Shown: positions 61,394 through 64,000 of the stretch, piece after piece
How positions within the stretch are numbered: the first letter of the stretch is position 1
Layout: each line of letters opens with the position of its first letter
Origin: a virus
DNA: 64,000 nt
Strand: one strand, 5' to 3'
Virus record (IMG/VR): IMGVR_UViG_3300033978_000437
Made by a program: the position numbers and the translations under genes
Notes under the pieces: generated by a model
Database searches by the model: none
Seen by the model: only the letters and a program-made list of their open reading frames with translations
Told to the model about the DNA's origin: nothing

Positions 61394-63568
61394 TTAGGTT
61401 ATGTGCAGATGGCTTGGAGCATTGTTTAAAGCTTTAGATTTAATAAAGCCAAACAACTGCTGCATTTGCCTTACTGTATAATCTTTCCACGCTTCCCAGC
61501 TGGCTGGTATCTCATGGTCAGACTTACTGAAATGTTTTAAATACTGCAGCACAATTTTGTCACAGCTATGGGTTACCTTTCGAGGTTGTAACCCTTCGGG
61601 AATGTTTGTGACTTTTATCAAATTAGAGGTATCACTTTTACACTGGTTTGCTGCGAAGCTAGTTACAAAGAATCCAGTGTCATCTTGGGTCAATGCAGTG
61701 ACAAACCGCTGAATTCTGCGAGGCCATTTATGTACCCATCCACGAGGTTGCCCACATCTTATTTCAAACCTATGGTACAGTTCTTGTAAGAATAAACTGC
61801 AAGTGGGATGGTCTACCCATATACCATAAGCTGGGAAACCTACAGCAGGGGCTGTGACCTGTGCGCACATTGCTATAGCAAATGCCCATATTATTTCTAA
61901 CTCGGGACTCTCGTCACTGATTGCAAGAATCACATCATCTCGCAACCGGCAAAGCAATTGCTTAGGTCCGGGAGCATCTTCTGGAAATGTAAATTCCGGA
62001 TTTGAAGAAAACTCACCACGACACAGCCTGGAGTTACGGAATTGAAAGCCACTGCCATCCCAACCGATAGACTGCAGCCCATTGACAACCTCGGGTAATT
62101 CAATCTGACAAGCTGCTGTGAATGGGTTAAACTTCTCCAGCCATCGATTACCCCATATGTTACAGAAGCAGTCGGATTGCAAAACTATACCATGGCTCAA
62201 TCCGAATTCGGTTATCCAAGCTAGGTTAGCTTTTTCAACCGGCACTCTAAATGGATACTTGCCTTTGTTGGTTTGCAGATACCCGACGTATTCCTTAGAT
62301 GCATCTGGGCGAATCACTATCTTGTCTACACGCACAATGCCTGAAAACCTTACATTCCCCGCATCGTCATACCACTTGTTATTCTTCTCCACCATTACCA
62401 TATAGGTGGTTCCACCTACTGTTGGTAACTTCTGGTTAATTGGAACTCGTATTCTTCTCCCAACTTCTGTGAGCAAGTTTGGAGCAACATAAGAGCGAAC
62501 AAGCTTAGCTACTTCCGAACTATGCTGTTCCGCATCTTGAAGTAACTTAGTCTTGTCAGCGGGTGCGGCATATAATGCCCAATTAGAAAGAGCTCGCTCA
62601 TAAGGCTTAGCCGTGCGTACTATCTGCTGGTAGACTTCTGTTACTGGCATGTCGGACATCCAGCGATTCCAGCGAGGTCCACTAACTTCTTTAGGTTGCT
62701 GTCGCACAATCTCTGGACCAGTAAAAGTCATAGAAGCATTTGACAGCATGGCTTGATGCAATATTGCTGCAGTAGGATGACATTCCCAGAAGATGAGTTG
62801 TCTACCTCCCAGCATGGGCCATTGCTTTTTCCTCTCCGTGATCATGAACTGTCGCCACGCTAAGATAGGCAAGGGTATCTCGCTGCTGTTGAAGTTACGC
62901 AGCTGCAGCCTAACCATGTTGGTAAGCATTGAGGTAAGTACAAGACTGTCAGACTGTATTTGCCATAGGTAGGGCAAGCCAGCAAACCCAACCTCACCGC
63001 CAGTATTGGAATTAACTATCGTTTCAGTTCCGTTGTTAAAGCACGCTAGCGCACCTATCTGAGTAGGTGAGCGGTAATAAGGCACTACCACGGTAGGGTC
63101 TTTCTTTTTAAGTAAACGGAATCTTCCATACTTAGCGACTTGTGTTGGGGTTAAAATACCCAAGAGTTGCCCAGGACCTGCCTGATGTCGTTCTTTACTC
63201 ATGGGTGAAGATATATTCCAACCCAATCGTAACAAGGCTTGATAATGCTCTCTGCCTTCGTTCTTCATGGAAAGCTGAGATTGTTTCCATAATTCTTGTA
63301 ATTTTGCAGAAAATCCTAGCCCACGTAGGTATAATCGCATATTGCTCGGACTTATGGTTCGGTTTAACTGCTCGGCCAAATAGTACATAGCTTCTTCTTG
63401 AAGCATATTTAATCGTGCAGCTGCCATTGCCAAAATCGTCCCTGTGGCCTTACACTGGGAGCAATAATACCATTCTTCCAAAGTTTTGGTATCTTGATAA
63501 ATGGCCCAAGCTTGTGCTTCACAGTAAGGGCACTTAGCTGAGACTGGGTAAGATGCGATTGGCTCCAT
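61394..63568 (-). CDS. Large protein with N-terminal primase-type Zn finger
   Basis: CPYC..WYYCSQC..G..L.MAA..L..EA; start uncertain (63568 versus track 63670). Confidence 0.65.
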   Translation of the reverse strand: MEPIASYPVSAKCPYCEAQAWAIYQDTKTLEEWYYCSQCKATGTILAMAAARLNMLQEEAMYYLAEQLNRTISPSNMRLYLRGLGFSAKLQELWKQSQLSMKNEGREHYQALLRLGWNISSPMSKERHQAGPGQLLGILTPTQVAKYGRFRLLKKKDPTVVVPYYRSPTQIGALACFNNGTETIVNSNTGGEVGFAGLPYLWQIQSDSLVLTSMLTNMVRLQLRNFNSSEIPLPILAWRQFMITERKKQWPMLGGRQLIFWECHPTAAILHQAMLSNASMTFTGPEIVRQQPKEVSGPRWNRWMSDMPVTEVYQQIVRTAKPYERALSNWALYAAPADKTKLLQDAEQHSSEVAKLVRSYVAPNLLTEVGRRIRVPINQKLPTVGGTTYMVMVEKNNKWYDDAGNVRFSGIVRVDKIVIRPDASKEYVGYLQTNKGKYPFRVPVEKANLAWITEFGLSHGIVLQSDCFCNIWGNRWLEKFNPFTAACQIELPEVVNGLQSIGWDGSGFQFRNSRLCRGEFSSNPEFTFPEDAPGPKQLLCRLRDDVILAISDESPELEIIWAFAIAMCAQVTAPAVGFPAYGIWVDHPTCSLFLQELYHRFEIRCGQPRGWVHKWPRRIQRFVTALTQDDTGFFVTSFAANQCKSDTSNLIKVTNIPEGLQPRKVTHSCDKIVLQYLKHFSKSDHEIPASWEAWKDYTVRQMQQLFGFIKSKALNNAPSHLHIT

Positions 63569-63629
63569 CCCGATTAGTGGAGCGATGGCTGCAAATGATA
63601 ACCCTGCATGAATATCTAGGAGAGACACA

Positions 63630-64000
63630 ATGCCTTCGCCTTCTATAGTTTTAGATCCTGCAAGTGACAAAAATAAAACCGAGCTGGTTAAGATTGCTCA
63701 GCGTTATGATTTCCCGCAATTCGTGAAGGATGCCGATCTGGAAACCACAATGGCTCCAGCAACTATCGCAGTCACCGCTTATGCCGATCCTATCCATAAG
63801 AAGTACGCATGTCATTCTGCCGCTGCTACTTGGCTGTCTGCAGCGTACTTCCATGAAAAGTCAGCTGAGTACCATCCTAACGACCAAAACAAAATTTGTG
63901 AACGCTTTAAAAGGTTTTCTGATTATTTTGGTATTCGCCCAGCTTACGATGCAATAGTCAAGCGTGCCACCGATTTAAAGGGCAGCGATCAACTTCCAGA
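63630..64000 (+). CDS. Hypothetical protein, truncated at the right edge
   Basis: AGGAGA RBS; MPSPSIVLDPASDKNKTELVKIAQRYDFPQFVKDA... open to 64000. Confidence 0.75.
   Translation, partial: MPSPSIVLDPASDKNKTELVKIAQRYDFPQFVKDADLETTMAPATIAVTAYADPIHKKYACHSAAATWLSAAYFHEKSAEYHPNDQNKICERFKRFSDYFGIRPAYDAIVKRATDLKGSDQLP

Noticed and set aside
63651-63957. Track ORFs 63651-63854 (-) and 63730-63957 (+)
   Set aside because: Superseded by the plus-strand frame from ATG 63630 with strong AGGAGA RBS, open to the window end
1-64000. Stop-codon recoding (alternative genetic code)
   Set aside because: Standard code gives full-length conserved proteins and near-complete tiling; the apparent gap at 1-2400 is only an edge-truncated ORF

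Overview
This window is a 64-kb slice of a large tailed dsDNA phage genome (probably jumbo-class). It is densely coding and almost entirely on the minus strand. No rRNA, tRNA, CRISPR array or host housekeeping operon was found. Layout: (1) 1-13 kb: truncated multidomain protein, PhoH, secreted CxxCH protein, acyl carrier protein, two paralogous SAM methyltransferases, tubulin/FtsZ-family GTPase, glycosyltransferase cluster and probable portal. (2) 13-41 kb: replication/recombination block (resolvase-like, DEDD exonuclease, RecA-like, acidic SSB-like, thymidylate kinase, UDG-fused PolA, primase, DnaB-like and SF2 helicases, SbcC/SbcD). Embedded in it are a Nop/IS110-like gene and a RAMP/Cas7-like gene followed by a candidate small RNA. 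(3) 41-58 kb: small early-type genes, including a standalone RNAP alpha-CTD homolog, an Sm-fold gene heading an array of 17 translationally coupled Ser/Trp-rich microproteins, and a C5 DNA methyltransferase with a nested out-of-frame ORF. (4) 59-64 kb: plus-strand large terminase, MerR-like HTH and a Zn-finger protein. The two strongest candidates for undescribed systems are the Sm + Ser/Trp microprotein array (48629-52120) and the Nop-like + RAMP + small RNA locus (36174-37674). All protein-family calls come from motif recognition by eye, not from database searches. A Planctomycetota-like host is only a guess.
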